DNA of 64,000 bases from Microcoleus sp. (GCA_042408215.1 JAYFMW010000029.1:32001-96000), one strand, 5' to 3'; positions 11,277 to 24,209 are shown, counted from the first letter of the stretch. Translations and numbers: made by a program. The notes: a model not told the origin generated them from the letters alone.

Positions 11277-11405
11277 GTCAGTTGCGATGATTTTCGATGC
11301 GTATCGAATCGCCACAAACTGACGCACCTTACAAGTTAGTAGGGTGAGTCAGTTGCGATAATTTTTAATGCGTATCGAATTGCTACAAACTGACGCACCT
11401 TACAA
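11277..11405. repeat. Two tandem ~71-bp REP-like palindromic units (GTCAGTTG...AAACTGACGCACCTTAC)
   Basis: Visible direct repeat with internal inverted symmetry. Confidence 0.7.
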
Positions 11406-11574
11406 GGAAAAATATAAACAACTAATAATAAAGATGAAAATTATGATTAGCCTAAATCATTGGTGTAATAGTAATGCTTGCTAGATCGGCTTTTGAGATA
11501 TTTTTGCCTTGCACAACTCATTGTAAAAGTGACAGTGCTAATATGAAAGCATAAACAGCTTGCATAAGAAAGCT

Positions 11575-12063
11575 ATGGACGTTGAAGAACTATATAGACG
11601 TTACGCGACGGGAGAGAGAGATTTCCCTGGAGTTGATTTAAGTCATGCTAACTTAAACGTTGCTGACGTAGGTGATATCAGAGACCTTCCACCTGGTCAA
11701 AATGAGTTGAGTGGTATCAATCTCAGCGGTGCGAACTTGACTAGAGCCGAGTTGAGTTTTGTTAATCTCAGCGGTGCTAACTTGAGTAGTGCTAACCTAG
11801 AGTTTGCCATCCTATTGGGTACTATATTGACTGGTGCTAATTTGAGGGATGCTATCCTAGATTATGCCGAACTGGGAGGAAAACTGATTGATGCAGACTT
11901 GAGAGAAGCCAGCCTGTTTTGTACGATATTGAATTGTACTAACCTAACCAGAGCCAACTTGATGGGGGCAACATTTCAAGTCAGTGCAAAGGGTCGTTTG
12001 ATTTTTAGTGATACCATCATGCCAGATGGGACTATTAATAATGAAGATGAAAATTATGAGTAG
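11575..12063 (+). CDS. Pentapeptide repeat protein, copy 1
   Basis: MDVEELYRRYATGERDF cap, A(N/D)Lxx repeats, MPDG end. Confidence 0.9.
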   Translation: MDVEELYRRYATGERDFPGVDLSHANLNVADVGDIRDLPPGQNELSGINLSGANLTRAELSFVNLSGANLSSANLEFAILLGTILTGANLRDAILDYAELGGKLIDADLREASLFCTILNCTNLTRANLMGATFQVSAKGRLIFSDTIMPDGTINNEDENYE

Positions 12064-12178
12064 CCTAAATTATTTGTGTAATAACGTGTAATAGTAATGG
12101 TTGCTGAATCAGCTTTTTAGATATTTTTTCATTGCACAACTCATTTAGGTTTACCAGAGTTCAATTTTATTAAAAATT

Positions 12179-12215
12179 AATAGCGTGGAAAGCTGACTTG
12201 GCTTTCCACGCTATT
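12179..12215. terminator. Hairpin/bidirectional terminator; paralogue at 13029-13063
   Basis: AATAGCGTGGAAAGC...GCTTTCCACGCTATT; second copy has a compensatory change. Confidence 0.65.
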
Positions 12216-12228
12216 TTGTTTAAATTCT

Positions 12229-12363
12229 AGACCATCAACCTTCTGATTCGATTATTTCCTCTATCTCGTCGGGAATATTTGAAAAAAAAGTCAAGCTCAG
12301 TCAATTCCTCAACTTGGTTAACAGTCAGCTTCCATGTTTGCCAATTTCTCCAAGCAGCTTTGT
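12229..12363 (-). pseudogene. Orphan copy of the 3' tip of the large nuclease gene
   Basis: Near-identical to 13079-13212 (KAAWRNWQTWKLTVNQ...). Confidence 0.85.
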
Positions 12364-12426
12364 ATTGATAAAAAGTAAAAGTGACAGTGCTATTATGAAA
12401 TTATAAACAGCTTGAACAAGAAAGCT

Positions 12427-12915
12427 ATGGACGTTGAAGAACTATATAGACGTTACGCGGCGGGAGAGAGGGATTTCTCTGGAGTTGATTTAAGAGGAGC
12501 TGACTTAAACGTTGCTAACGTGACATACATCGAAGACCTCCAACCAGGTCAGAATGAGTTGAGTGGTATCAATCTCAGCGGTGCTAACTTGACTAGAGCC
12601 GATTTGAGTTATGTTAATCTCAGCGGTGCTAACTTGAGCAGTGCTAACCTAGAGTTTGCTACCCTATCGCTGACTATATTGACTGGTGCCAATTTGAGGG
12701 ATGCTATCCTAGATTACGCTCAACTCTTAGGCGACCTAATTGATGTTGACTTGAGAGAAGCCAGCCTGTTTTGTACGCTATTGAATTGTACCAACCTGAC
12801 CAGAGCCAACTTGATGGGGGCAACATTTCAAGTCAGTCCAAAGGGGCGTTTGATTTTTAGTGATACCATCATGCCAGATGGTACTATTAATAATGAAGAT
12901 GAAGTTTATGAATAG
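12427..12915 (+). CDS. Pentapeptide repeat protein, copy 2
   Basis: Paralogue of 11575-12063 at an 852-bp offset. Confidence 0.9.
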   Translation: MDVEELYRRYAAGERDFSGVDLRGADLNVANVTYIEDLQPGQNELSGINLSGANLTRADLSYVNLSGANLSSANLEFATLSLTILTGANLRDAILDYAQLLGDLIDVDLREASLFCTLLNCTNLTRANLMGATFQVSPKGRLIFSDTIMPDGTINNEDEVYE

Positions 12916-13090
12916 CCTAAATTATTTTTATAAGTGTGTAATAGTAATGCTGGCTGGCTCGGCTTTTCAGATATTTTGCTATGACAAAACTCCTTTATGT
13001 TCGCTATAGTTCAATTTCATTAAAAGTCAATAGCCTGGTAAGCCAAGCAAGCTTTCCAGGCTAATTTCTTTGCTGTCTAGACCATGAGCC

Positions 13091-16000
13091 TTATGATTCG
13101 ATTATTTCCTCAATCTCGTCGGGAATATTTGAGAAAAAGTCAAGCTCAGTCAACTCCTCGATTTGGTTAACAGTCAGCTTCCATGTTTGCCAATTTCTCC
13201 AAGCAGCTTTGTTTGGTATTTCTGGAAGATTTAACCCCAACAAAGCATTGAATGGGTGAGGAACTGGTAGCGCAAAATCTCCATTATTACCTACCGATCC
13301 ATTTGGATTAGTTGGTACGTGAGCGGGTTCAACCTCGTTAGGTGTCAAAATGCCGTAAGTTGCAGCGTTAGCAATTGTGACATTAGCAGGATTTAGTCCT
13401 GGCTGCTCTAAGTCCAGCACAACCTTCCAACTCCAACCAGGAATATTGATTCCTTTGTTAGTAAGAATTTGGGGGTTTGTTAATGTGCTAGGCTTCGAGT
13501 TATGACTGAAACGCTGCGGATTAGGATTGGTGCCATAACCCCCAGCAACAACATAAAGCTCTTTTGGGGTCTCAGTAATTGGATCTGTCTCAGTAATCTG
13601 TTTAAGAAAACCGTCGAAACTTGTCCATGCTGGACTATCAGGGATTTCTCCTCGGAAATCATTGTTATTATCAAAATGCTGTGGAACTACATTTGTCAAC
13701 AGAAAAGTAGCTATGTTGTCTTTTTCGCTATTGGTTCGGTGAGACGAAGGTAGCAGATGCCCCTTTGAGTAATCACTGCCACGGTAGTCTTTATCTACGA
13801 TACGACCCCAGCTTTCAGGAATGCTTTTATCTTCAATAAAGTCGATTTTTGAGCGAGGAGTGTTACCCAACCACTTTTGATTCATTTGCCAACTTACCCA
13901 TTTAGGAGTTTTACTGCTGTCATCATAAGCAGTGGCAAACTGTGCTTTCTCTAGCAAATAGTTATTGCTATCTGCAACGTCAAGGTCAGTTGTGTTCCTG
14001 GCATCTGAGGGATTTCCAAACAGTAGATGTTGACTTTTGAAGAATACATTATCTAAGTAAACTGTACCGCCACCAACAACTTCAAACTTGAGAGTTGCTA
14101 CTTTACCGCGCAAATTGTCAGGCACCTCAACTTGGAAAGTCTCAAACCCTTTAATTCCATAATCAATCTTTTGGGTGTCTGCTAAATAAGCACCTGGTGT
14201 ACGATTTGCGCGCGTCAAATTGATGGATGATGAAACGCCTAAAGGACTTCCATCTGCTGCTGACAAAGTGACCAAAACACTTCTGCCTCGTTTCAGTTCT
14301 GCTTCGGGAACATGGAGGTCAAAGCGTAAATTTCCCCACTCAGGCACAACAAAACGGTTGTGGGTAATACTTTTCCCTGATTCTAGCTTCAGAGCATAAT
14401 TTGGTTGAGTTCGATCGACCCCAATCCTATCCAGTTCCGCGCGCCAAGCCGGAGCCTGTGTTGCAGATAGCTGATTCACATCAACGAGATTGCTTGTAGA
14501 CACGCTCGGTGACGTTTCGCCATTATGAAAAGACCAACCAGGAATCGCATTAGAAAAAAGAGTCCGATTACCACCCTGCGGATTAAAAACAGCATCAAAA
14601 TTGCCGTTAAACAGAGTAGGAACCGCAGCATCTCCCCGCATCCTGGCATCATAAGTATTGTCAAAATCAACCGGGATACGCTCTACATTCGTTTGGGGAC
14701 GCAACTCCGAACCGCCACCTAAAACCGAATAAAACCACCCCGTACCAATTCCCTCCCAAGGAGCAGCATCAACACCATGCTCAAAACGCTCTTCCGGCGT
14801 ATACCAAGGTGTAACCCGAGCAGAATTGTTCGCAATATTGCTAAATGAAAAGTCCTTATCGAACAAAGGTTCGCGATACCCATCGCCGCGTCGGCGGAAA
14901 ATAGGATTAGCATCTAAGTTTTCATCGAACGGGAAGTTAGTTGGAAACAAATCTGATGTCCCCCCATACCAGCTCAAAACACGTCCGTGTACAGCTCCCC
15001 TTCCAGCAATACCAACAGTAGGATCGGTTTCTTTTGTAAACCCAGTACGACTGTTGTCATAATCTGGGTTATTTTTATTAGTTCCCAGAAAAACCGACAA
15101 ATCCGGTTCTCCTAACAGCGGAGCATTAGAATCGGGATTTTCTGACCTCCAACCTTCTCGCGGAAATTTAAGTCCGGGGGCTGTTTTCCCATTTTCTGTA
15201 GACGGAAGATTGGGAATATCCCGACCCGCCGGCGAAACCGTACCGCTTAATAAATTCGGTACTGTCTGATAGTAATTATCCGCAAAAGTGACATTTTTCC
15301 AAACCTGAACCTTCGGTTCGCGGAAATCCCCGAAATTATTTGTCACCACATTTAGCCCCGGTTGATCGAAATCGTGGGGGTCTAAAGTTGTCATCTGAAG
15401 GTCGCGAATATCAGAGTTTTCTTTTCCACCAGCTTCAGGAAAATAAGTCCCCAAACGCTGAATAATTTCGCTGTTAACAACTGTTCCCCGACTGAAGCCA
15501 ATAAAATGCAGCGGTGAATTGAAAATTGCTCCTTGTTTTGCCGTGTTATTTTCATCAATGAACAGTTGGTCTAATTGCACGAGAGAAGTAAAAAAAGCAT
15601 CGGCAACTGCTTCGCTAAAACCTGAATCAGGAGCTGATGATTCATTATTGTTAGACCAATCATTTAGCAACACTAACGGTTGATTTTTGTCAAGGTATGG
15701 AGCTATATAACTCTTCAACTTGGTGAGATAGCTAGGGTCGTCTTTTGGACTCAAACCTGCTGGGAAATCTCCGGCAACCACTCCATATTTGTTGACAGGA
15801 ACCCAATAACCAGTAGCGAGGTCGTACCTCATCATCAAACCGTTGTCCTCAGCACCTGCATTGGCAATACTATTGCCCAGTTGGTAAAACTCTGAAGGAA
15901 TCCCAGGGTTATTAAAAAATGGAGGACTAAAGGGAGGTTTGAAGCCATGAGTCAGCACAGTTACGCTGGGGAAGGTATCTCCACCGTTGAGAGCTGGCTG

Positions 16001-18665
16001 TAGTGGCGTCCAGAAATCGCCAAAATCTATATTTCGGCTGCCATTTTTATTCCAAGCTTCAACTGCCCAATTGTACTCCTGACCCGCTGTCAAAGTGAGG
16101 TTTTCAGGCAGCGTGAAACTGGTATTTGTACCCTCGATAAATGTTTTACCGCCATCCAAAGTCCACTTCCCAATGCCGTCATCACCTCTTTGCCAAGTTG
16201 CTGTCAGAATTCGGTTGGGGTTGAAGTCGTTCTCTTGGCTGTGGTAAAAAGATGTATTCCAAGGTTTTGTCAATAAATCCAACTGTTGTGGTTTGCTCAA
16301 TCCTTGATTGAAAAGAAATTCGTTCCCATTCGGGTCTGGTAAATCGACAACTTGATCCCACGGTAGCAGTCCTTCACCTTCATCGAATACGCTGAGGAAC
16401 AGGTTAACTTCTTCTACATTTTTACTAGGCAATTCGTCAAATTCCCATTCAAAAGTAGGAGTCAAGTCTTCTGTATCCTCACCCGGCCCAGTTAAATCCA
16501 ACCAATCCAGCGGTGTCGCCACCAAACCGCGAGAGTTAGTCGCAGCAACGGGAGCTCGCTTGCTACCAGGTGTCACGCCGTAAGTATACTGGTTGTTTGC
16601 ATCAATCAGAATCTGGAAGTCAGCAGCAACACTAACCGCTGGGTTAATATTATCGATGGGTACTGTGGAAAGGTCAGCAACCGTAGCATTTCGTGCTGTA
16701 GTGCTGTCAAACAAAGGCAGCCCGACACCCCGACCTTTAGCATCAATTTGAAATTGACCGGGGTTGGTCACAGTTCTAATGAATTCCTGAGTGTCAAAGA
16801 CATACACTTTGCCATTCGCACCGCTCAAATTCGGATAGGAAGCATAGAGGTACTTGCTATCGCCCGAAAGCACTAAATCAGTAGTCAATCCGTCGGGAAT
16901 TGGTCTAGTTGCTGCTACTAATTGCGGATTCGTCAGCGGGTCTTTGATAATGCCGATATTGCTACCGGCCCGCGGGTCTCCATCCACGCTGGGCAATTCC
17001 TGACCGAAAAATTTCGCGTCCGCATTGCGACCCACAACAAAGGCATAACTAGCATCCGGTAAAACTGTTACCGAAACTCCCTCATTCACATCAAAGTAAT
17101 CAAAAGTTGAACCCAGTCCTAAATTTGCATAACGAGTAGTAGCAGCAAAACTTACCGGATTATTATTGGTAATATCCAGTACCCCAAATCCTTTACTATC
17201 TTTGCCGCTGTTTGTAAACGTCATCTTCAGCGGATCGACCGTAGCAGCTAATCCTTCTACGCCTTCATCGGCTGTTATATTTCCGATTAATTGATTCCAC
17301 TTTTTAGGGTTCTGACTTGGGTCGCGGGGTCGGTCTTTGGGGTCAATATTCACAACGTAAATCTGGCTGTTTATCCCATTGGGCGCGGTAACAAATAGCT
17401 TCTTTCCGTCACTGCTAATTGCCATCTGTCGCAAACCGCTAGGTGCTGCACCAACTGTAATAGTTTGGGTAACTTGGTGATACTTGGACGAGAATGGGTT
17501 GATATCGAGAACGTAGATGGAATTGCCGCCAGTTTTCCCGTCAGCAATGTAAGCGTATTGGTCGCGGGAATCTATTACTATTGAACGTGGCGCTGCACCG
17601 CTAGGTAAGTCGATCGGATTTATGCCAGCTATATCCGGTTTGGTGTCTACTTGCTGGCGGGTGATCGGATCGACCAAAGCCACTCTACCGGAAGCTTCTA
17701 GAGGTACGTACACGCGAGAACCGTCGCTAGTTACAGTCAAATCTCTGGCTCTATCTAGTCGATCGTCCGTACCTACAGTAATGTTACCAATTAGCAAGTC
17801 GCTGCTGCTCGTTGTCGCCACAACAGATTTGGGATTGGAAGCGTTGAGGACAGCGATTCTATCGGCCGTCCACTGCGCTGCAAACACGTTTTCTGTAGTG
17901 TTTTCAACCCGGTAGGAATTGCTGTTTTTGAGAACTTCTTTTGCTGGTTCTGCCGGATTTGAACTGACTTTTTCGTTTTGTTTGCGACCCAGGACAATCC
18001 GGGAATCGCCCAAGGGTATGGTGTCGGGAACTCTGACAGCTACTTCAAATTGATTGTTTGCTAATTTGCGACTGAGGTTAGTTAATATTGTGCCTTCGTA
18101 GGTTTTGCCACCAACATAAAATTTTACCACTAAATCGCTGAATTGGCTACCTTTGGTGTCGCCAAAGTTGTCTGCTAAAACGTTGCTTCCGGTGAGAAAC
18201 AAAACTGGTAGATTATTTTCAAAAGGTTGATTATTTGCGTCTTTTAATTTTATTTCTGCACTTTCAATGATGGGAGTATTTTGGGGATTGGCGGCAGTTG
18301 AAGCGAGTTGAGATGCGCGTCTTTCCGCAAAAATACCCTCTTTACCGAAGTAGTCGATTTGTCTTTCGTTTGCAGGTTCGCCAGTGAGAGAATCGAGTTC
18401 AGGCGATTTTTTTACGGGGGGGGGTAAAACTGAAATCCTTTAAATTCGGGCTAAAATTGATGAATTTGGAGGAGATTGCGGTGTCTTCGGGGTTATTGTT
18501 AAAACTGTCTGGAAGTCCGGGGAGTGCTGGTGCTGGGCTAGGGTTGATAAGGGCTTGAGGATTGAGTGAGTTTGCGGTATTTAGGTCGAATTCTGGTATT
18601 AAGGTCGTTTCGCCAATAGGGAATGGCTCTTGACTGTTGAAGGGCGATTGATTGGAAAATTTCAT
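13091..18665 (-). CDS. Large multidomain protein: low-complexity N-terminus, YVTN-like beta-propeller, alpha/beta-hydrolase-like domain, beta-sandwich, C-terminal DNA/RNA non-specific (NucA-like) endonuclease; +1 frameshift at G9 tract 18416-18424
   Basis: TVLTHGF, HFIGFSRG, TLDPHD hydrolase motifs; YSKGHLLPS and TFLLTNVVPQ nuclease motifs; ORF 18399-18665 joins the long frame if the tract is 8 nt. Confidence 0.8.
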
Positions 18666-18970
18666 AAGATGCGAACAAGCGATACAGTAACTTGTTGTGA
18701 TTCTTAGTATCTCACCATAGGAAAATTGTTTTTGTCAAGCTGTTGAGGCAGAAATGTAGATTTTTGTTATAAAAATTTACATTGTGTTAGAGATGACTGG
18801 TACGATCGCCCTCAATTAGGCAAAAACAATCTCGATCGTCCCGTAATATCGTTTCTAATTAAATCGGAATGATTTAACCGCAGAGAGCGCAGAGGGCACA
18901 GAGAGAGAATAGAGAGATGAATACAGGACGATGCTACCGGATTCGATCTAAGAGAGCAATTGCAGCATAA

Positions 18971-19555
18971 TTAAGAACGATAAACTAAAGAACGAACGTA
19001 AAAAGACACAGATCCAATTAAATAAAAACAATTCACCAAAATCAACAATATCTTACCAATAGAAGAGTGAACAAAACCAAAAATGCGGAAAGTTGACAGC
19101 AACACTAACAACATTTCCACCACAGAAACAATTGACCCGTAATGCTTCCTATCCCAATAAGAAATCGGACTGATAAAACGGTAATTGCTGAACGGAAAAA
19201 AGTGCCTGTGAGCATCATCATTATGCACCGGCAAATCTCCTAGAGAGTGCAGAATCATGCTCAAAAACAGAATTTGGATGCTTTCCCAGCCAAAGTAATC
19301 AGCAATTACCCAGCCGATCGCCGCCAGAGGGATAGAATGAAACAGAGCCACAATATTCTGGACAAAAGGCTCATAATATGCTTCTGACCAAATTGTAGCT
19401 TCCGGCAAGCGAGCAATGTATTTCGCCCAAAAGTAAAATAAAAATATTGGAATATCCGGCAAGATTCCGCCGATCGCCATAATTAGATTAGCTTGCGGCA
19501 ATTGCCGTTTGCCGAGAATTGCCAGATTGATAATCGCGTGGCTGGGAGTATTCAT
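18971..19555 (-). CDS. Putative membrane metal-dependent hydrolase-like protein
   Basis: TPSH, GGILPD, HS, HSLGDLPVH motifs plus hydrophobic helices. Confidence 0.65.
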   Translation of the reverse strand: MNTPSHAIINLAILGKRQLPQANLIMAIGGILPDIPIFLFYFWAKYIARLPEATIWSEAYYEPFVQNIVALFHSIPLAAIGWVIADYFGWESIQILFLSMILHSLGDLPVHNDDAHRHFFPFSNYRFISPISYWDRKHYGSIVSVVEMLLVLLSTFRIFGFVHSSIGKILLILVNCFYLIGSVSFYVRSLVYRS

Positions 19556-19678
19556 GATTGACGGTTAAATCTGTTGGGAGGGTGAAGCATTTGGAGATAA
19601 AACACTCTTGTTTTCAACATAAACTGTCGCCCAAATGCTTCACCCCTACACTCATTGTGATACTCTCTTACTACGAAC

Positions 19679-19996
19679 CTACAAGAAAGGTTGCAGTCGA
19701 TCGATCAACTGCGCCGCTTGCACCACTCCCTCAATGCGATCGACCTCAGCGCCATTTTTGAACAACACCAAAGTCGGCAAAGCAGAAATGTGATACTGTG
19801 AAGCCAACTGTTCGTACTTATCCGTGTCAATTTTGACAACCATCAGCTTTTCCTTCGTTTGGCCGCTCACTTGCTCCAAAATCGGCACCATCATCTGACA
19901 AGGCCCGCACCAAGTAGCATAAAAATCTACCAACACCGGCAAGTCGGAGCTCGATAGTAACTCCTCAAAACTGCTGAACTGTTTTTGAACTGCCAT
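19679..19996 (-). CDS. trxA: Thioredoxin
   Basis: WCGPC active site; ATG start MAVQKQFSSF. Confidence 0.92.
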   Translation of the reverse strand: MAVQKQFSSFEELLSSSDLPVLVDFYATWCGPCQMMVPILEQVSGQTKEKLMVVKIDTDKYEQLASQYHISALPTLVLFKNGAEVDRIEGVVQAAQLIDRLQPFL

Positions 19997-20034
19997 AGGA
20001 CAAAATAATTTTTTGGGTTCTGGCTCGATTTTAG

Positions 20035-20835
<801 letters not shown>

Positions 20836-20979
20836 GATTTGGGGTTTTTTTTAGCCGCAGATGCACGCGGATTAACGCGGATATCTGCGGTTTAATTGTC
20901 TATTTAATTGTCTAGGGCGATCGCTATATTTTCTAGCACTTTCCAAGCCTGATGTTCCTAGTCAGGAAAATCATCGTTC

Positions 20980-21131
20980 GACTCAGAAGAGCCTTAATTT
21001 TGTACTCAGCCACCGGGCACTACCGCCACAGATGTGTGGGGAATGCGGGCACTCAGGGAAGCTTCGAGAATTAAATCGTCTTCGTCTATCTCGATCGTGC
21101 GATCGCCCAGCAGATAGTAAATGTGTGGCAT
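20980..21131 (-). pseudogene. Relic 5' end of a 2Fe-2S domain gene (type often fused to adenylate/guanylate cyclases)
   Basis: MPHIYYLLGDRTIEIDEDDLILEASLSARIPHT, then a frameshift into CGGSAR. Confidence 0.55.
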
Positions 21132-21342
21132 CTGTGACGTCTCCAACCTAAATGGCGCGAGCAATCTCGCCCAAATCTGTACTTTTATTTAGAAAATGAC
21201 ATTATTCTTAATGGTTAGGCAATGTTGTGCGGTGTAAACCTTGCTTAGCAAGAGTTTCAGCTTTTTGTGCCTCTAAAAACCCGTGGATTTTCTTGGGATA
21301 GAATAGCAGCATCTTTGACAACATACTAAAACCTGTATAAAC

Positions 21343-22476
21343 ATGAGTTCATCAACAGCCCTACAAAACATCGAAAAGCACATCCCCATCGTGGGAAATG
21401 TGCATACCAAAAGTCCGATCGCCTACGGAGCAACCCGCCTCGCAGTCAGTACAGTTAACGCCCTGCAAATGGCAGCAGCAGAGTCTTACATCAACGGATT
21501 AGAAGTCCCAGATTCAGTATTGCGATCGCTTTTTGATACCTGTATGCCCCTCTTTTTCAAGTATTTTCCCTCTCTGCTTGCACCCTACGAATGGGTACTA
21601 ACAGAAACAGATCATACCGCCGAAGGGCCACGGGATTTAATGAAGATTCAGTACGACTTACCTCAAGCAATGCTGAATCCGATGTTAGGCGATGGAAAAC
21701 TCATTTATCCTAAATACAGCATGGGGTTGTGGGAAAAAGGAGCCGCCAACCTTGAACAATCGCAAATCCAAATGATTGATGATGTGATTGACAAGCTAGA
21801 GATTCAAGATGGCGACAATATTTTAGACTTTGGTTGCGGTTGGGGTTGCGTTCCCAATTACATTCTTTCCAAATTCCCCAATGTCAAGTTTACCGGAATT
21901 AACTTGAGCCACCACCAATGCGAATATATGCGTCACAAGATGCAAGACCCCGAAAGTTACCTTAGTTCAGGTCGATTTACTCTCTACGAAGGAGATTTGA
22001 ACGACGCCCAATTTGAGACGAAATTTGATAAGATTTTGTCGATAGGAGTTTTTTGTCATGTAGGTAATTTAACAAAAGCTTTCCAAAAGCTCGCATCTTT
22101 CTTGAAGGATCAAGGCAGAGTTTTCATTCACATCATCACAGTTCGCACTCCCAACAATATATCCAGCGTTTTCACCCACAAATACATTTTTCCCCACGGC
22201 CGTTTCTGGAAATACGATGCAGTTCCCAGCTACAAGAAAGACCTCAAAACCATTGAAAAATGGTATCTCAATGGCTCCAATTACTCCAAAACCTTTGCTA
22301 GCTGGCTGCAAAACTTTGACGATTCTCAGGCGATAGTCAAAGATTTAGACTACGGCATCGACTATGCCAAATTCCGCCGAATCTGGCGGTTTTATCTGAT
22401 TTGGTTTGTTGCTAATTTCGCGAGTTGTGACGGCGAATATAACGGCAACGGCCAATTTTTAATGGCTCGTGCCTAA
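21343..22476 (+). CDS. SAM-dependent methyltransferase, cyclopropane-fatty-acid-synthase-like
   Basis: QYDL, KYS, LDFGCGWG, KYIFPHG, YSKT..W motifs. Confidence 0.85.
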   Translation: MSSSTALQNIEKHIPIVGNVHTKSPIAYGATRLAVSTVNALQMAAAESYINGLEVPDSVLRSLFDTCMPLFFKYFPSLLAPYEWVLTETDHTAEGPRDLMKIQYDLPQAMLNPMLGDGKLIYPKYSMGLWEKGAANLEQSQIQMIDDVIDKLEIQDGDNILDFGCGWGCVPNYILSKFPNVKFTGINLSHHQCEYMRHKMQDPESYLSSGRFTLYEGDLNDAQFETKFDKILSIGVFCHVGNLTKAFQKLASFLKDQGRVFIHIITVRTPNNISSVFTHKYIFPHGRFWKYDAVPSYKKDLKTIEKWYLNGSNYSKTFASWLQNFDDSQAIVKDLDYGIDYAKFRRIWRFYLIWFVANFASCDGEYNGNGQFLMARA

Positions 22477-22721
22477 TCGCTATAGCATCAGCATCTAGTT
22501 GGATAACTTACGCAGAACACTTCAAGGTAGGGTGCATGACAGCAATAAATATTCGAGCCACCGCGAAGTAATTATTGGCTGTCACGCACCTTACTTAAAC
22601 CCTACTAGGATTTACGCACGGGTGTCTAGAAACCGGGTTTTTAGCCAAAATATTGGCCCAAAACCCTCAATCTCCGTTAAAAACCCGGTTTCTTTAGCGC
22701 AACTAGACTCAAGAAAAACCG

Positions 22722-23438
22722 TCATAGCCTAGTATAAGAACCGTCTAAGCCTACGTATCCAATCCATGTCTCCCCATCGAGACCATATACGGGGCCAGTA
22801 TTGAATGTGTTGTATGAATCAAACCTATGTTTATTATTCAAACGTTGGTCCCCTTTGTTGATGCTGTTTTTCATTTCTTCCAACTTTGCTCGATTTCTCT
22901 CAATCTGTGCCGTATATTGATTCTGGCGATCGATCGGGTTCAGTTGGGCATCAGTCGTGTTGGGATTCACGATCGTAGAAACATCCTGTCCACTGGACTC
23001 CGTGAGGGGTAGCGTCGATTGTGAATTCATCAGCATACCTGTTAAAGGATCTTTAAAAAGCGAACCCAGCCAGCTTTTGGTATCGGCAACAAACCCATCG
23101 ATTTGATTCAGAAAACTGTCTACCTCTGGATCGCCAGTTTGATGCCCTACCCCAACGTTGCCGGCAGTTGGAGTATTCGGGCTAGGAAAGTTGCCAGCTG
23201 GCGCAGTTACACTGGTGCCAGCCCCCGGCAAAATCCCCCAAGCCTCAGACAAAAGACTATACACCTCATCGAGATAGGTGTTTGCATTGTTTGCATTCGA
23301 GGCAGGAGTTGCACCCGCAATTGTCCCGTAACTATATGGCGAATAAAGGTCAGATAGCAAAGCAGTTGTCATTAAAGGGTTATAATCTAACCCCGCAGAA
23401 GGGTAACTGTTTGTGGTAAAATCTTGAAAGCCCAACAT
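22722..23438 (-). CDS. Hypothetical protein
   Basis: 238-aa ORF with an AGGAGG ribosome-binding site upstream. Confidence 0.6.
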   Translation of the reverse strand: MLGFQDFTTNSYPSAGLDYNPLMTTALLSDLYSPYSYGTIAGATPASNANNANTYLDEVYSLLSEAWGILPGAGTSVTAPAGNFPSPNTPTAGNVGVGHQTGDPEVDSFLNQIDGFVADTKSWLGSLFKDPLTGMLMNSQSTLPLTESSGQDVSTIVNPNTTDAQLNPIDRQNQYTAQIERNRAKLEEMKNSINKGDQRLNNKHRFDSYNTFNTGPVYGLDGETWIGYVGLDGSYTRL

Positions 23439-23534
23439 AATTTTGCCTCCTAATATTGGCTGTTGCCAGAGAAAAGGTTTGCATTCCCAATAATTGCGCT
23501 TTTCAATTGAGTGAGATGCACTTGCTTTTTCAGT

Positions 23535-23623
23535 CAGGACTTACGCAAATTATTGGAAAACAAAAGGCTGCGATTACTTCATTGTCGATCGCAATGACAG
23601 AATTCGGTAGTGCGTAAGTTCTA
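23535..23623. mobile_element. MITE with AGGACTTACGCA-type terminal inverted repeats
   Basis: CAGGACTTACGCA...TGCGTAAGTTCTA. Confidence 0.7.
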
Positions 23624-23670
23624 CAAGTAAGCTAGGGGAAGTGAAATCGCTTAATTCGTCGCTGATAGTC

Positions 23671-24209
23671 TCAGGCTATAGTTTGTCTCGCCCTCAAATC
23701 ATTGACAGTCAGGTTGAAATTACTACTCCGTTCAAGATTGAAACTGTAAAAATCATCCCGATCGAAAGACCCCACAAAATCGCCAAAGATGCGATCTTCT
23801 GTAAGAGTGTCGATATTCCGCGCTTCAGTTAGCGTGTTCCCCCTATTGTCGGATGGCAAATAGTCGGGACGGGTTGCCGAAAAACTCAGCCTGTAGCTCC
23901 CGGATTTTGTTCCAGATAGAGTTCCGTGTCAAATAGCGGACTGGGGTTGCGTCCTTCGAGTTGACCGAATTCTATGAAATGTCCGATCGCCGTGAATTGA
24001 CCAGCCATCACTGCCGCTTGAACATCTGGATTCTCTTTGAGGTAATAGTCTGTATCAAATAAAGGTGTTGGGTCGCGTTCTGCAAATTGACCAGATTGCC
24101 GAAAGCGATCGAATGGACTTTGGATATTCCCCAAGATTAAACCTTAAGTTACATCTGGGTTATTTTCGATGTAAAAATTGGGATTGAAGAAAGTCTGTAG
24201 TTCCAGCAT
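23671..24209 (-). pseudogene. Degraded surface protein gene (FD/NxxYYLxxNPDV repeats followed by a PPC-like domain)
   Basis: ATG at 24209, in-frame TAA at about 24144, frameshift near 23880, truncated GNTL...DFY domain. Confidence 0.65.
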
